The translations under genes were made by a program, and so were the position numbers. Shown one piece after another: positions 1 to 12,409 of a DNA stretch of 64,000 nucleotides (positions are counted from its first letter, which is position 1; the number at the start of each line of letters is the position of its first letter). Source of the stretch: Eledone cirrhosa. Lineage: Eukaryota. Under the pieces are notes generated by a model that was given only the letters and a program-made list of their open reading frames with translations, made no database searches and was not told where the DNA came from. The stretch lies in contig OZ024761.1 of assembly GCA_964016885.1 (NCBI GenBank), forward strand, positions 31,062,001 through 31,126,000, given 5' to 3'.

Positions 1-35
1 TGCAGTGATTAATTGGTTCAATAGCTACATAACAA

Positions 36-180
36 GGAAACTACCAACAATCATTTCTGATCAATGGTCGTTATCAAGGCAGTGATCCTCTTACTGTGCC
101 CTTTGCTGGAATTCAGGGCAGGTAAGGGGAGCACTGTCTTGATAATGACCATCAGTCAGAAATGATCGCCAGCAGTTTCC
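36..180. repeat. Imperfect inverted repeat (about 65-bp arms, about 12-nt loop); fold-back/MITE-like
   Basis: ggaaact...atcatttctga...ttatcaaggcagtg...tgccct pairs with agggca...cactgtcttgataa...tcagaaatgat...agtttcc. Confidence 0.8.
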
Positions 181-330
181 CTCTCTATCTTCTGCAGGAA
201 TTCGATAGATGATGCTATGCCATCAGCTTCCAAAATTCATAGCTAAAGGCTTTCAAATATTTATGCATAAACATACTCTATATCATTAGATATACAAAAT
301 ACAAACACACACACACATATATATATGTAA

Positions 331-753
331 GAGGTGATAAAAGCCGACCGTACCCAATTGCACCTCTCGAAGGTGATGACACACAGCCATGACCTCTGGC
401 ATCACACAGTAATACAGAAGACTCGACTTCCCATGGGTACAAGCCGAAGCTGAAGCATATAGACAATAAGCCCCCCCCCCCCCCCACTGCAAAGTGGTCA
501 TGGAGGTGCCACGGCAAAAAGCACCCAGCCCACACTGTAAAGTAGTCGTGTAGGCGCTATGGACAAAAGCACCCAGCACTCACTGTAAATGAGGTTGGTG
601 TTAGGAAGGGCATCCAGCTGAAGAAATCAAGCCAGAATCAGTTCCAGTATGAGCAAGACAAGGTCAGCCAACCAGACACTGCCCACAACGGGACAACCTG
701 TCTAACCCATGCTAGTGTGGAAGAACGGACGTAAAACGGTGATGATGATGATG
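331..753 (+). mobile_element. RTE-clade LINE 3' end (3' UTR and (GAT)n tail)
   Basis: Closely similar to 27172-27593, which directly follows an RTE reverse-transcriptase ORF; ends ggacgtaaaacggt(gat)n. Confidence 0.8.
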
Positions 754-810
754 ATATATATATAGTAATAATAATTACGAAGACCAAAATCTGAAGAAGG
801 CTTGATAAAG

Positions 811-859
<49 letters not shown>

Positions 860-983
860 AAAAGATATATATAAACCCATAGAGTAAATATTTATTATTA
901 GTATGGATTAAGTTTAAGCAAAGAATCGCTGCTTTCACCCTATTACAGGTTCTTCTGAAACTCATACATATATACATACATAT

Positions 984-1016
<33 letters not shown>

Positions 1017-1149
1017 AGCAAAGAGATATTTAATTTGTTGGTTATTCAACAAATTTATTTATAACAGATTCGAAGCACTCTACAGGATTTTTCTGGAATA
1101 TAATATCAATGATATTAATACATGGAAACTATCTTTATAAAACCATATT

Positions 1150-1210
1150 TATTTTATTATATATATTTCAAGGGTACCAAAATTTTGGTACGCCCTCATC
1201 AGATAAAATA
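1150..1210 (-). ncRNA. Type I hammerhead ribozyme (Penelope-like)
   Basis: Minus strand: TATTTTAT-CTGATGA-gggcgtaccaaaattttggtaccctt-GAAA-TATATA-TA-ATAAAATA; 8-bp stem I, paired stem II, palindromic stem III, intact core. Confidence 0.75.
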
Positions 1211-1271
1211 CAAAAATTGTTTTATAAATATTGACATCCCAAAACAAGAACTTACCGTTTTAAGTTCATTT

Positions 1272-1308
<37 letters not shown>

Positions 1309-1492
1309 GCATGTACATATTTGCTAGTAATTTCATCATTTACTACACAGCTCATGCCCTGTTGAAATAGGAATGCGTTTTATAGTGAAACTAATTTCAA
1401 GTTAAATAGAGACTGTGAGAAACAGGAAACATTTTCTGTAAACTAATTTATCAGTGACATGAGAGGCAGTTAATGTTAATAACAGTGTTTAA

Positions 1493-2055
1493 TGGTGATG
1501 ATGTTGGTGGTGGTGGTCATGTTGGTGGTAGTGATGGTGATGTTGGTGGTGGTGGTAGTGATGGTGATGTTGGTTGTGGTCGTGGTAATAATGGTGGTGG
1601 TGGTGGTGATGGTAGTGATGTTGGTTGTGTTCTTGATGATGGTGGTGGTGGTGGTGGTGGTGATGTTGGTTGTGGCGATGATAATGGTGGTGGTTGTGGT
1701 AGTGGTGGTGGTGATGTTGGTTGTGGTGGTGGTGATGATGATGGTAGTGGTGGTAGTGATGGTGATGATGATGATGATGATGGTAGTGGTGGTAGTGATG
1801 GTGATGATGATGATGATGATGATGGTCGTGGTGATAATGATCGTAGTAATGATGATGGTGGTGGTGGTGATGATGGTGGTAGTGGTGATGATGATCATGA
1901 TGGTGGTGGTGATAATGATAATGGTGGTGGTCGTGATAGTGGTGGATGTGATGGTGGTGGTGATGATGACAATGATGATGGTGGTGATGATGATAATGTG
2001 TTGGTGATGGTGTTGAGGATGGTTTGGGTGATAATTGTAATGATAATGATGATAT
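1493..2055. repeat. (GGT/GAT)n degenerate trinucleotide repeat
   Basis: Direct inspection; explains the poly-G/D/V/T ORFs. Confidence 0.95.
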
Positions 2056-2290
2056 TATATCACCATTATAATGATAACAACACTATTTCTAATAAAAGAC
2101 ACTGGCCTATAATTTTGAGACATGCTGTGATAGGTTCGCTGCCTCCAACTTAGTAGCTTTGGCCACAAACCCTGGTACCACAGCCCAGCAATGTAGAGGA
2201 CAGGAAGACTAGCAAATAACGGGGCTTGTCTGGCCATTTGTCTTTGAACCGATTTCTGTTGAAACCTCAGGCGTCCCCAGACCATGTACA

Positions 2291-2633
2291 GGATTTAAGG
2301 ACTTATCTTTGAATACAAATCTTCGAACACATTTCTTCGAAATCAGATACTTCAAAGTGCATTCACTTCGAAGTATTTTACTCAGAAAATTTAAAACATC
2401 TAAAAGTTGGTTTAACACACCTACTTTGGATACAAGATTGGGCAATAATCTGTATAAAAGGGTAATCAAAATCCTAACCGAACCCTAACCCTAATCTTTG
2501 CTTGTTTTCTGAAATAAGTCCAAAATTGATGATTCAAAGTAATTGGTCTGTTGAAGGTATTCTACTACAAAGTTTTTGCTTGTCGAAGAAATGTGTTCGA
2601 AGATCTGTTTTCGAAGAATAGTCCGTAAGCGCC
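2291..2633. mobile_element. Non-autonomous DNA transposon (MITE) with about 45-bp TIRs
   Basis: ggac...aaatcttcgaacacatttcttcga / tcgaagaaatgtgttcgaagatct...gtcc; flanked on both sides by tgtaca (possible TSD); internal cctaaccgaaccctaaccctaa. Confidence 0.65.
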
Positions 2634-2786
2634 GTGTACAGTTGACCTCCTCTGTAAAATTGGAATGACAGTAGCTTGCCTGAGGAAGGAGACCCAGTAA
2701 GGTGGGATGGTTCTAACTGGCCATTACTTGCAGAAATGCCTTTGCCATTTTGTCCATGGAGTGCAGCTGAAACACTGCTCTGACTT

Positions 2787-3010
2787 AGGTGTAGAGTGGT
2801 ATGGTATGGTGTAGTGTAGAGTTGTGTAGTATAGTGTAGTGTGGTATGGTAGAGTGTAGTGTGGTGTAGAGTGGTCTGGTGGGGTGTGGTGTTGTGTAGT
2901 ATAGTGCAGAGTAGTATGGTATAGTGTAGTGTAGTATGGTGTATGGTATAGTGTATAGTGTAGTGTGGTTCACTGTAGAGTGGTATGGTGTACTGTAGTG
3001 TAGAGTGGTG
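2787..3010. repeat. (GTAGT/GTGGT)n pentanucleotide-like repeat
   Basis: Direct inspection. Confidence 0.9.
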
Positions 3011-3085
3011 TGCTAGTTAGATCATGTGTGGGGTTCAAAATGACAGGATGAAATACTGTGACAGAAAGTAGTTATATTTCTTTAG

Positions 3086-3152
3086 GGTTCTCTAGGAACC
3101 AGTTGATGTCAACCCCACACAATATTTTACTATATTCTGCCTGTTGTTACAT
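3086..3152 (+). CDS. Possible short internal exon of an unidentified upstream gene (..FSRNQLMSTPHNILLYSACCY..)
   Basis: tttctttag acceptor and AT|gtaagg donor around a unique 67-nt island with an open frame; protein not recognised. Confidence 0.25.
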
Positions 3153-3199
3153 GTAAGGACAGAGAACTTCATATTGTTGTTGTTGGTGGTGCTGGTGGT

Positions 3200-5630
3200 G
3201 GTGATGGAGGTGGTGATGGTGGTGGATGCAATGGAGAAAGGTGGTGATGGTGGTGGCAGTGGTGGAGACAATGGAGAAAGTGTTAGTGGTGGTGGCAGTG
3301 GTGGAGACAATGGCGAAAGGTTGTGGCTGAGACAACGGAGAAAGTGTTTGGGTGGCAGTGGTGGTAGAGACAATGGAGAAAGTGTTGGTGGTGGTGGTGG
3401 TGGTAGAGACAATGGAGAAAGTGGTGGTGGTGGTGGTGGTGGTAGAGACAATGGAGAAAGTGTTGGTGGTGGTGGTGATGGTAGAGACAATGGAGAAAGT
3501 GGTGGTGGTGGTAGAGACAATGGAGAAAGTGTTGGTGGTGGTGGTGGTGGTAGAGACAATGGAGAAAGTGGTGGTGGTGGTGGTGGTGGTAGAGACAATG
3601 GAGAAAGTGTTGGTGGTGGTGGTGATGGTAGAGACAATGGAGAAAGTGTTGGTGGTGGTGGTGGTGATGGTAGAGACAATGGAGAAAGTGTTGGTGGTGG
3701 TGGTGATGGTAGAGACAATGGAGAAAGTGTTGTTGGTGGTGGTGATGGTAGAGACAACGGAGAAAGTGTTGGTGGTGGTGGTGGTGGTAGAGACAATGGA
3801 GAAAGTGTTGGTGGTGGTGGTGGTGGTAGAGACAATGGAGAAAGTGTTGGGGTGGTGGTGGTGGTAGAGACAATGGAGAAAGTGTTGGTGGTGGTGGTGG
3901 TGGTAGAGACAACGGAGAAAGTGGTGGTGGTGGTGGTGGTGGTAGAGACAATGGAGAAAGTGGTGGTGTTGGTGGTGGTGGTGGTGGTGGTAGAGACAAT
4001 GGAGAAAGTGGTGGTGGTGGCGGTGGTGGTAGAGACAATGGAGAAAGTGTTGGTGGTGGTGGTGGTGGTAGAGACAATGGAGAAAGTGGTGGTGGTGGTG
4101 GTAGAGACAATGGAGAAAGTGGTGGTGGTGGCAGTGGTGGTAGAGACAATGGAGAAAGTGTTGGTGGTGGTGGTGGTGGTGGTAGAGACAATGGAGAAAG
4201 TGGTGGTGGTGGTGGTGATGGTAGAGACAATGGAGAAAGTGTTGGTGGTGGTGGTGGTGGTGGTGGTGGTAGAGACAATGGAGAAAGTGTTGGTGGTGGT
4301 GGTGGTGGTAGAGACAATGGAGAAAGTGGTGGTGGTGGTGGTGGTGGTAGAGACAATGGAGAAAGTGTTGGTGGTGGCGGTGGTGGTAGAGACAATGGAG
4401 AAAGTGTTGGTGGTGGTGGTGGTGGTGGTAGAGACAATGGAGAAAGTGTTGGTGGTGGCGGTGGTGGTAGAGACAATGGAGAAAGTGTTGGTGGTGGTGG
4501 TGGTGGTAGAGACAATGGAGAAAGTGTTGGCGGTGGTGGTGGTGGTAGAGACAATGGAGAAAGTGTTGGTGGTGGTGGTAGAGACAATGGAGAAAGTGTT
4601 GGCGGTGGTGGTGGTGGTAGAGACAATGGAGAAAGTGTTGGCGGTGGTGGTAGAGACAATGGAGAAAGTGTTGGCGGTGGTGGTGGTGGTAGAGACAATG
4701 GAGAAAGTGTTGGTGGTGGTGGTAGAGACAATGGAGAAAGTGTTGGTGGTGGTGGTGGTGGTGGTGGTAGAGACAATGGAGAAAGTGTTGGTGGTGGTGG
4801 TGGTGGTGGTAGAGACAATGGAGAAAGTGTTGGTGGTGGTGGTGGTGGTAGAGACAATGGAGAAAGTGTTGGTGGTGGTGGTGGTGGTGGTGGTGGTGGT
4901 AGAGACAATGGAGAAAGTGTTGGTGGTGGTGGTGGTGGTAGAGACAATGGAGAAAGTGTTGGTGGTGGTGGTGGTGGTGGTGGTAGAGACAATGGAGAAA
5001 GTGTTGGTGGTGGTGGTGGTGGTGGTGGTAGAGACAATGGAGAAAGTGTTGGTGGTGGTGGTGGTGGTGATGGTAGAGACAATGGAGAAAGTGTTGGTGG
5101 TGGTGGTGATGGTAGAGACAATGGAGAAAGTGTTGGTGGTGGCGGTGGTGGTAGAGACAATGGAGAAAGTGTTGGTGGTGGTGGTGGTGGTGGTAGAGAC
5201 AATGGAGAAAGTGTTGGTGGTGGTGGTGGTGGTGGTGGTAGAGACAATGGAGAAAGTGTTGGTGGTGGTGGTGGTGGTGGTGGTAGAGACAATGGAGAAA
5301 GTGTTGGTGGTGGTGGTGGTGGTGGTGGTAGAGACAATGGAGAAAGTGTTGGTGGTGGTGGTGGTGGTGATGGTAGAGACAATGGAGAAAGTGTTGGTGG
5401 TGGCGGTGATGGTAGAGACAATGGAGAAAGTGTTGGTGGTGGCGGTGGTGGTAGAGACAATGGAGAAAGTGGTGGTAGAGACAATGGAGAAAGTGTTGGT
5501 GGTGGTGGTGATGGTAGAGACAATGGAGAAAGTGTTGGTGGTGGCGGTGGTGGTAGAGACAATGGAGAAAGTGTTGGTGGTGGTGGTGTTGGTGGTGGTG
5601 GTGGTGGTGGTGGTAGAGACAATGGAGAAG
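3200..5630. repeat. Composite minisatellite: constant AGAGACAATGGAGAAAGT(GTT) unit separated by variable (GGT)n
   Basis: Dozens of units visible; source of the 779-866 aa artefact ORFs. Confidence 0.95.
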
Positions 5631-5929
5631 ATAATCATGATGGTGTTGTTGTTGTTGTTGTTGTTGTTACTGGTGGTATCGGTGACAATCAAGAAGTTGA
5701 TGATGTTGATGTTGTTGTAGCTGCTGGTAGTAGTAGAAGAAGAAGAAGAAGAAGAAATTATGAATTTTTTGGTACTTTATTTATCAACCCTGGAAGGCTG
5801 AAAGTGAGTTCTACAGCCTCAAGTAAAGGTTGGCATCAGGAAGGGCATCTGGCTATAGAATTCTGCCTCAATGACTCTCATTCAACCCATGCCAACATGG
5901 GAAAACAGATATAAAGCTGATGATGATAG

Positions 5930-6628
5930 CTATGATAGTGACAATGATGATGATGATGGTGATGACAATACTGATGGCAATGATGATGATGATGATGGTG
6001 ATGACAATACTGATGGCAATGGTGATGACAATACTGATGGCAATGATGATGATGATGGTGATGACAATACTGATGGCAATGATGATGATGATGATGATGG
6101 TGATGACAATACTGATGGCAATGATGATGATGATGGTGATGACAATACTGATGGCAATGATGATGATGATGGTGATGACAATACTGATGGCAATGATGAT
6201 GATGATGGTGATGGTGATGACAATACTGATGGCAATGATGATGATGATGATGGTGATGACAATACTGATGGCAATGATGATGATGATGATGATGGTGATG
6301 ACAATACTGATGGCAATGATGATGATGATGGTGATGACAATACTGATGGCAATGATGATGATGATGATGATGGTGATGACAATACTGATGGCAATGATGA
6401 TGATGATGGTGATGGCAATACTGATGGCAATGATGATGATGATGGTGATGACAATACTGATGGCAATGATGATGATGATGGTGATGACAATACTGATGGC
6501 AATGATGATGATGATGGTGATGGCAATACTGATGGCAATGATGATGATGATGGTGATGACAATACTGATGGCAATGATGATGATGATGGTGATGACAATA
6601 CTGATGGCAATGATGATGATGATGATGA
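5930..6628. repeat. Composite minisatellite GACAATACTGATGGCAAT + variable (GAT)n
   Basis: Direct inspection. Confidence 0.95.
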
Positions 6629-6788
6629 TACATTAACATTCCTTTTTAGTGTAAAGGATGTATAAATATATACACACAGTAGGAGTCTACAACATTTGGC
6701 TTACGTGTATGTATACAGTATACATACATACGAATACCTTTATAAAATAATATTTACATTGGGACGGAGGCCTTGAATCACGCAGTAG

Positions 6789-6789
<1 letters not shown>

Positions 6790-6826
<37 letters not shown>

Positions 6827-7384
6827 GTATATATGTATATATATACTCATATATGTATATATATATATACTCATATATGTATATATATATACTCATATAT
6901 GTATATATATATATGTATATATGTATATATATCTACTCATATATGCATATATATATATATATACTCATATATGTATATATATATATACTCGTATATGTAT
7001 ATATATATATACTCATATATGTATATATATATACTCACATATGTATATATATATATATACTCATATATGTATATATATATATCTACTCATATATGTATAT
7101 ATATATATATATACTCATATATGTATATATATATATATATACTCATATATGTATATATATATATATACTCATATATGTATATATATATATATCTACTCAT
7201 ATATGTATATATATATATATACTCATATATGTATATATATATATATCTACTCATATATGTATATATATATATATATATATACTCATATATATATATATAT
7301 ACTCATATATGTATATATATATACTCATATATGTATATATATATATATATACGTATATATATATATATATATACTCATATATGT

Positions 7385-7426
<42 letters not shown>

Positions 7427-7450
7427 CTATATATATATATGTATGTGTGC

Positions 7451-7506
<56 letters not shown>
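6790..7506. repeat. Composite (TA)n minisatellite with recurring CTCATATATG unit
   Basis: Direct inspection. Confidence 0.9.
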
Positions 7507-7511
<5 letters not shown>

Positions 7512-8087
7512 TATAAAATATAAAGAATAGTCAGCCACTAAACAGAAGGCTCTACACTTAATCTATTTTCATTGTCAATATTTATAGGTACTTCTAAACA
7601 TTTGCCATGACTCCGTAATTGTTTATTCTCTCTTATGGATGTGTTAATGGGCCTGGAAACCCTAGACTTACATTTTTAGGGGCCTGCTTTCACATACAAT
7701 TCAATGTTTACTTAACTCAACAGTTTAGTGTTTGGATACATTTCTAGTTTTGTAGGTTAGTTACATTTATACTATGGAGATAAGACAATCAACTTTTAAG
7801 GAATTAATGAGCTGTGAAATGTTAAGCTACCGTTGAACAAATGTTTAAACAATTTGTTACCAAACTCACTGCAACCTCCCTTGATTCAACAATGCAATAG
7901 CAATACTGTATATTTTAACCCTTTAACCCTTCCATGGCCATATTTTTAATGAAAAGACACTGTTGGCTTGACTAAAATTGTGATCTCTATGATCTCACTT
8001 GCTTTTTTTCTAAAAAAGAAAAAAAAAATTCCGTTTCTTCCTCTTCTTATTCTCTATCTTTTTATTTCATCTTTTATTTCTCATTTT

Positions 8088-8126
8088 ATCTTCTGATGAA
8101 GAACTAGTGTCTGAAACGTTAAGGAT
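8088..8126 (+). ncRNA. Minimal type I hammerhead ribozyme
   Basis: atctt-CTGATGA-agaactagtgtct-GAAA-CGT-TA-aggat; palindromic AACGTT stem III typical of minimal metazoan hammerheads. Confidence 0.6.
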
Positions 8127-8249
8127 TTTTTCCTACTATATCAAGGGTTCAACTCATGTATTTTTTTCATTGTACTGTGTTGTTTGCTTTGTTGGTTCTG
8201 TTTACTTTTTACACACACACACACACGAACACATATATATATATATATA

Positions 8250-9690
8250 ATGAATGAATGAAATTATTGTGTACAGTGCTCAGGTGCACTACAACTCGTC
8301 AAAGGTGCATGTATAGTACATAGAATAATATACAAATGTGAGGGAAGTGAATAGTGTATGAGTCATGATATACATGTGTGCGTGTGTATGGAGGGGGAAT
8401 ATTAGGTGTAGTGTTGGCGAATCTCAGGAAGCAAGGAGGTTTTAAAGGATGCAGTGTCTCGACAGCTAACAACTGATGCAGGGAGTTTGTTCCATGGAGG
8501 TTTTAAAGGATGCAGTATCTCGACAGCTAACAACTGATGCAGGGAGTTTGTTCCATGGAGGTTTTAAAGGATGCAGTGTCTCGACAGCTAACAACTGATG
8601 CAGGTAGTTTGTTCCATGGAGGTTTTAAAGGATGCAGTATCTCGACAGCTAACAACTGATGCAGGTAGTTTGTTCCATGCTTCAGCAACTCTGAGTGAAA
8701 AAATATTTCCGAAAGTCATGGGAGCTGTGCTGTTTTCTGACTTTGTGGGCATGCCCACGTGTGTTAGATACATGGAAATCAAAAAGCTGCTCAGGGTTGT
8801 TGTTGGCAAGATGGTTAATAATTTTGTGGGTGGTTACCAAGTCAGTTGCCAGGCGTCGGAGCTTCAATGTATTCATGCCCAGGGAAGCAAGGCGTTCAGA
8901 GTATGGTAGATGCCTGATGGAGGGTATTCGCTTGGTTGCACGTCTCTGAACAGTTTCCAGGTGGTCAATGTTCTGAACAAGATAGGGGTTCCAGACTGGT
9001 GATGCAAATTCTAAGTGTGGCCGCACCATAGCTATATACAGCTTTAAATAGATAGCTAGAGAGTGGCTGACAAAGGTCTTGCTGAGTGATGCTAAGACAC
9101 CTTAGGCCTTCTTGACAATTTTAGAGACGTGCTTCATTCAACTCAAATTGCTGCTGACTGTAATGCCCAGGTCACATTCACAAGAAGACTTCTTGATATT
9201 AGTGTTATGGAGGGAGTATGTGGACGCTGGGTTTTTACTCCCAAAATGCATGGTGGTACACTTGTCCACAGCTAGCTTGAGTTGCCAGTCTGTGATCCAT
9301 TGGTGCATTGTGTCCAAGTCAGATTGCTGGCAAGATTTATAGTGTTCAGGATCTGTCCTTTTTATCTCAAGGTATAGCTTGATGTCATCTGCATATTTCA
9401 GTACTGTGGCATTCTTTAAGTTGGGGGGGGGGGGGGCAAGAACAGATCCCTGTGGTACACCAGATGACATCTCATATGGTGAGGAATGCTGTCCTAGAAC
9501 CGTGACTACCTCTCTTCGACTGAGAATGAAGGGCTTCAACCAGTTAAAAAGATCATCCTTCACACCCATTGCAGAGAGTTTTGCCATAAGTCTTTTGTGT
9601 GGCACAGAATTGAAAGCTTTAGTAAAGTCAAGGTAAACAACATCCACCCATGAGTCGCCATCAGTGATCCGGGTGATGTCTTCAAGAAAC
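8250..9690 (-). mobile_element. 5'-truncated CR1/L2-group LINE (RT C-terminal half, frameshifted) with (ATTC)n tail
   Basis: ORFs 9138-9647 (YLDFTKAFNSVPH, GVPQGSVL, KYADD) and 8682-9029 (VRPHLEFAS.VWNP, VQRRATK, NTRGH); a 61-bp unit occurs about 4 times in tandem at 8437-8680. Confidence 0.9.
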
Positions 9691-10359
9691 TCGATAAGTT
9701 GATCACAGCAGCTGGAGTTATATATAGTTCCACACTGTAAATGTGGTTGGTGTTAGAAAGGGCATCCGGCGGTAAAAAAAAAAACAGTTCCGTTTGAACA
9801 AGGTACAGCATGGTTAACTGGCTTGGCTTGCCTCATAACATGGATGACCCATCTCACCCATGTAAGCAACAGAAAATATGATGCTAAAAACGGCGATGAT
9901 GACACACGCACATATATATATATAAAGGTTTCTACAAGACTAGAACTGTCTCATTTGTATGAAATCATCTCTGGCCTTCTGTGGTTGTTTTTTTTTAATG
10001 AATACTTTACTCCGTCCCTGCACCAACCACTGGATACATCTACGATGGATAACTTACATAATGTTGAGTGCTTTAATTAATTTGTTGCATCATTGTTTAC
10101 CAACTAGAACCACCAGTTCTACTCATTGGTAATCAAACTAACTTAAGTGATATATACATATATGAAGCGAAGTCTATTTATTGTGGTAAATTTAAAGAAA
10201 AAATACACATAATAAATACCAAAATTCTAGTTTAATAAATAGCTTTACTTCTCTATTCAAAAGATACAATTGATAATGTTGAATAAGATAAAATTGTTCA
10301 ATCTCTCTCAGTGTACATGGAGCGGTCCCTTCTTTCTTGTTGGGATAAAATCTCATTAA

Positions 10360-10558
10360 CCCTTTAGCATTTACATTACTCTATATTAACTATTGTATTT
10401 TTGTGGTAAAGGCTTTATCAAACATAATTATCCTACATAATATCAAATCCATGAGATTTTAGTATTATTTATTTTGAGAACAATACCTTTACGGCCAGTT
10501 TGAACAGAAAAAGGTGAGAGAATTCTGGCTGGATACAGCTGGTTTAAATGCTAGAGGG
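10360..10558. mobile_element. piggyBac-like MITE with TTAA target duplication
   Basis: ttaa|ccctttagcattt ... aaatgctagaggg|ttaa; same family at 55489-55709 and partially at 28470-28678. Confidence 0.75.
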
Positions 10559-10836
10559 TTAAGGCTTAGTCAAAACTGTGTGACTGCAAAATCTAGCAGC
10601 AGCAGAATTTTTGTATGCCATGAGATAACAGGTTAACTTGTTGTAGAAGTGTAGGTCAGAACAACAGCTAATCTTTATCGCGATGATTCATTACTTAGAA
10701 GTGTCTAATCAACGGAATTTGGCGCCGTGATACTTCTGTAGGCGAAAGTTATCTACATTGATGTCTCCGAGGTCCTGGTGGCTGCAGTTTTTGGAAAATC
10801 AACTGTGGGAAACTTTCCATAGCTACACACATACAT

Positions 10837-10881
<45 letters not shown>

Positions 10882-10883
10882 GT

Positions 10884-11224
10884 GGAGGCACATGGCTTAG
10901 TGGTTAGAGCATTGGCCTTGCAATCGAAAGGTTGTGAGTTCAATTCTCAGACCGGGTGATGTGTTGTTTCCTTGAGCAAGACACTTTATTTCACATTGCT
11001 CCAGTTTACTCAGCTGTAGAAATGAGATGATAGGGACTGGGGTCCCTATCATTCCACTGTAAAGTGGTCGTGGAGGTGCCACGGCATAAAAGCACCCAGC
11101 ACTCACTGTAAATGAGGTTGGTGTTAGGAAGGGCATCCAGCTGTAGAAATCAAGCCAGCATCAGTTCCCGTCCCACCCTTGCAAGCAGGGAAAAGCGGAC
11201 GTAAAATGAAATGATGATGATGAT
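10884..11224 (+). mobile_element. tRNA-derived SINE with RTE-derived 3' tail
   Basis: A box TGGCTTAGTGG and B box GTTCAATTC; tail ggttggtgttaggaagggcatccagctgtagaaa...ggacgtaaaa..(gat)n shared with RTE LINE ends. Confidence 0.85.
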
Positions 11225-11451
11225 GTGTAATTAAATGTTTAATCGGTAGTTGGGATTGCATTTGCAGCAATACAGATAATAAAGAATGGTGTAAGCAGGT
11301 TCAAGTACTCAACGTCGTATGCATCTTTCCAGTGGTGATGGACCACCTGGGTAATACATGGAGTATATATATATATAATAAATAAGAGAGACAGTTTTAT
11401 TTGTACATCTTTATTTTATTATCTGAAGTGCTTCACATCTTTCTTCAACTG

Positions 11452-11489
<38 letters not shown>

Positions 11490-11525
11490 GTTCTTCAACT
11501 GAAAAATATATACATATATACACAC

Positions 11526-11564
<39 letters not shown>

Positions 11565-11569
11565 TTTTA

Positions 11570-12298
11570 TATGTGGCCGGTGCTTTGGTGCAATAAGTAG
11601 CAGCAAGTGCCCACCGAATACTAGCTCATTCCATTGCACAGATGGTTCTATAGAAATAGTGGACACCTTCCGTTACTTGGGTGACAAAATCAGCAGTGGT
11701 GGAGGGTGCTCTGAAAGTACAGTAGCTAGAGTCAGAACTGGATGGAAAAAGTTCAGAGAGCTTATACCACTATTAGCCGCTAAAGGGTTCTCTCCAAAAA
11801 TGAAAGGCAGGCTGTATGATGCCTGCATACGAACAGCAATGTTACATGGCAGTGAGACCTGGGCATTGTGTGCAGAGGATATACGCAGACTGGAGAGGAA
11901 CGAAGCTTGCATGCTCCGCTGGATGTGTAATAGTAATATACGTGAACGGCAAAGCATAAACGAACTAAGGGAAAAATTAGAAATAAGAGGGATCAGATGT
12001 TGTTTACTCGAGAGAAGACTACGTTGGTATGGTCACGTGATGCGCATGAAAGACAACAGCTGTATAAAAAAGTGCAGGGCAATAAAAATAGACGGTAGCC
12101 ACGGAGTAGGCAGACCCAGAAAAACCTGGGACGACTTGATAAATTCCGACCTCACATGGTTGGTGTCAGGAAGGGCATCCAGCCGTAGAAAACCTGCCAG
12201 ACAGTCCTATACGAGCAGGACAACCAATCTTGCCTCAAATGGGAAAACTCCCGTCCAAACCCATGCAAGCGTGGAAGATGGACGTTAAACGATGATGA
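11570..12298 (+). mobile_element. RTE-clade LINE, C-terminal fragment and tail
   Basis: ORF 11659-12288: FRYLG, MLHGSETW, RRLRWYGHVMRM, GRPRKTW; (gat)n tail. Confidence 0.9.
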
Positions 12299-12409
12299 TA
12301 TATATATATATATATATATATATCCAGGGGGTGTAACTAGGAGTTACTGCAGGTTCACCCAGGAGAGCACTTGATGTTTAGGTTCACTTCTGTGATGAGG
12401 TGTAGAGCT

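Noticed and set aside
2473-2495. Telomere-like (CCCTAA) repeats
   Set aside because: Only about three degenerate units, internal to a MITE
3092-5720. 779-866 aa ORFs and CRISPR-like periodicity
   Set aside because: The 'spacers' are only (GGT)n, there are no cas genes and the context is eukaryotic; the ORFs are stop-free by repeat composition
7588-7597. Possible terminal exon (MYF-stop) joining the 3086-3152 candidate
   Set aside because: Phase fits, but it is too short and has no recognisable homology
10884-10955. tRNA-like sequence with A and B boxes
   Set aside because: Head of a multi-copy SINE, continuous with SINE body and tail
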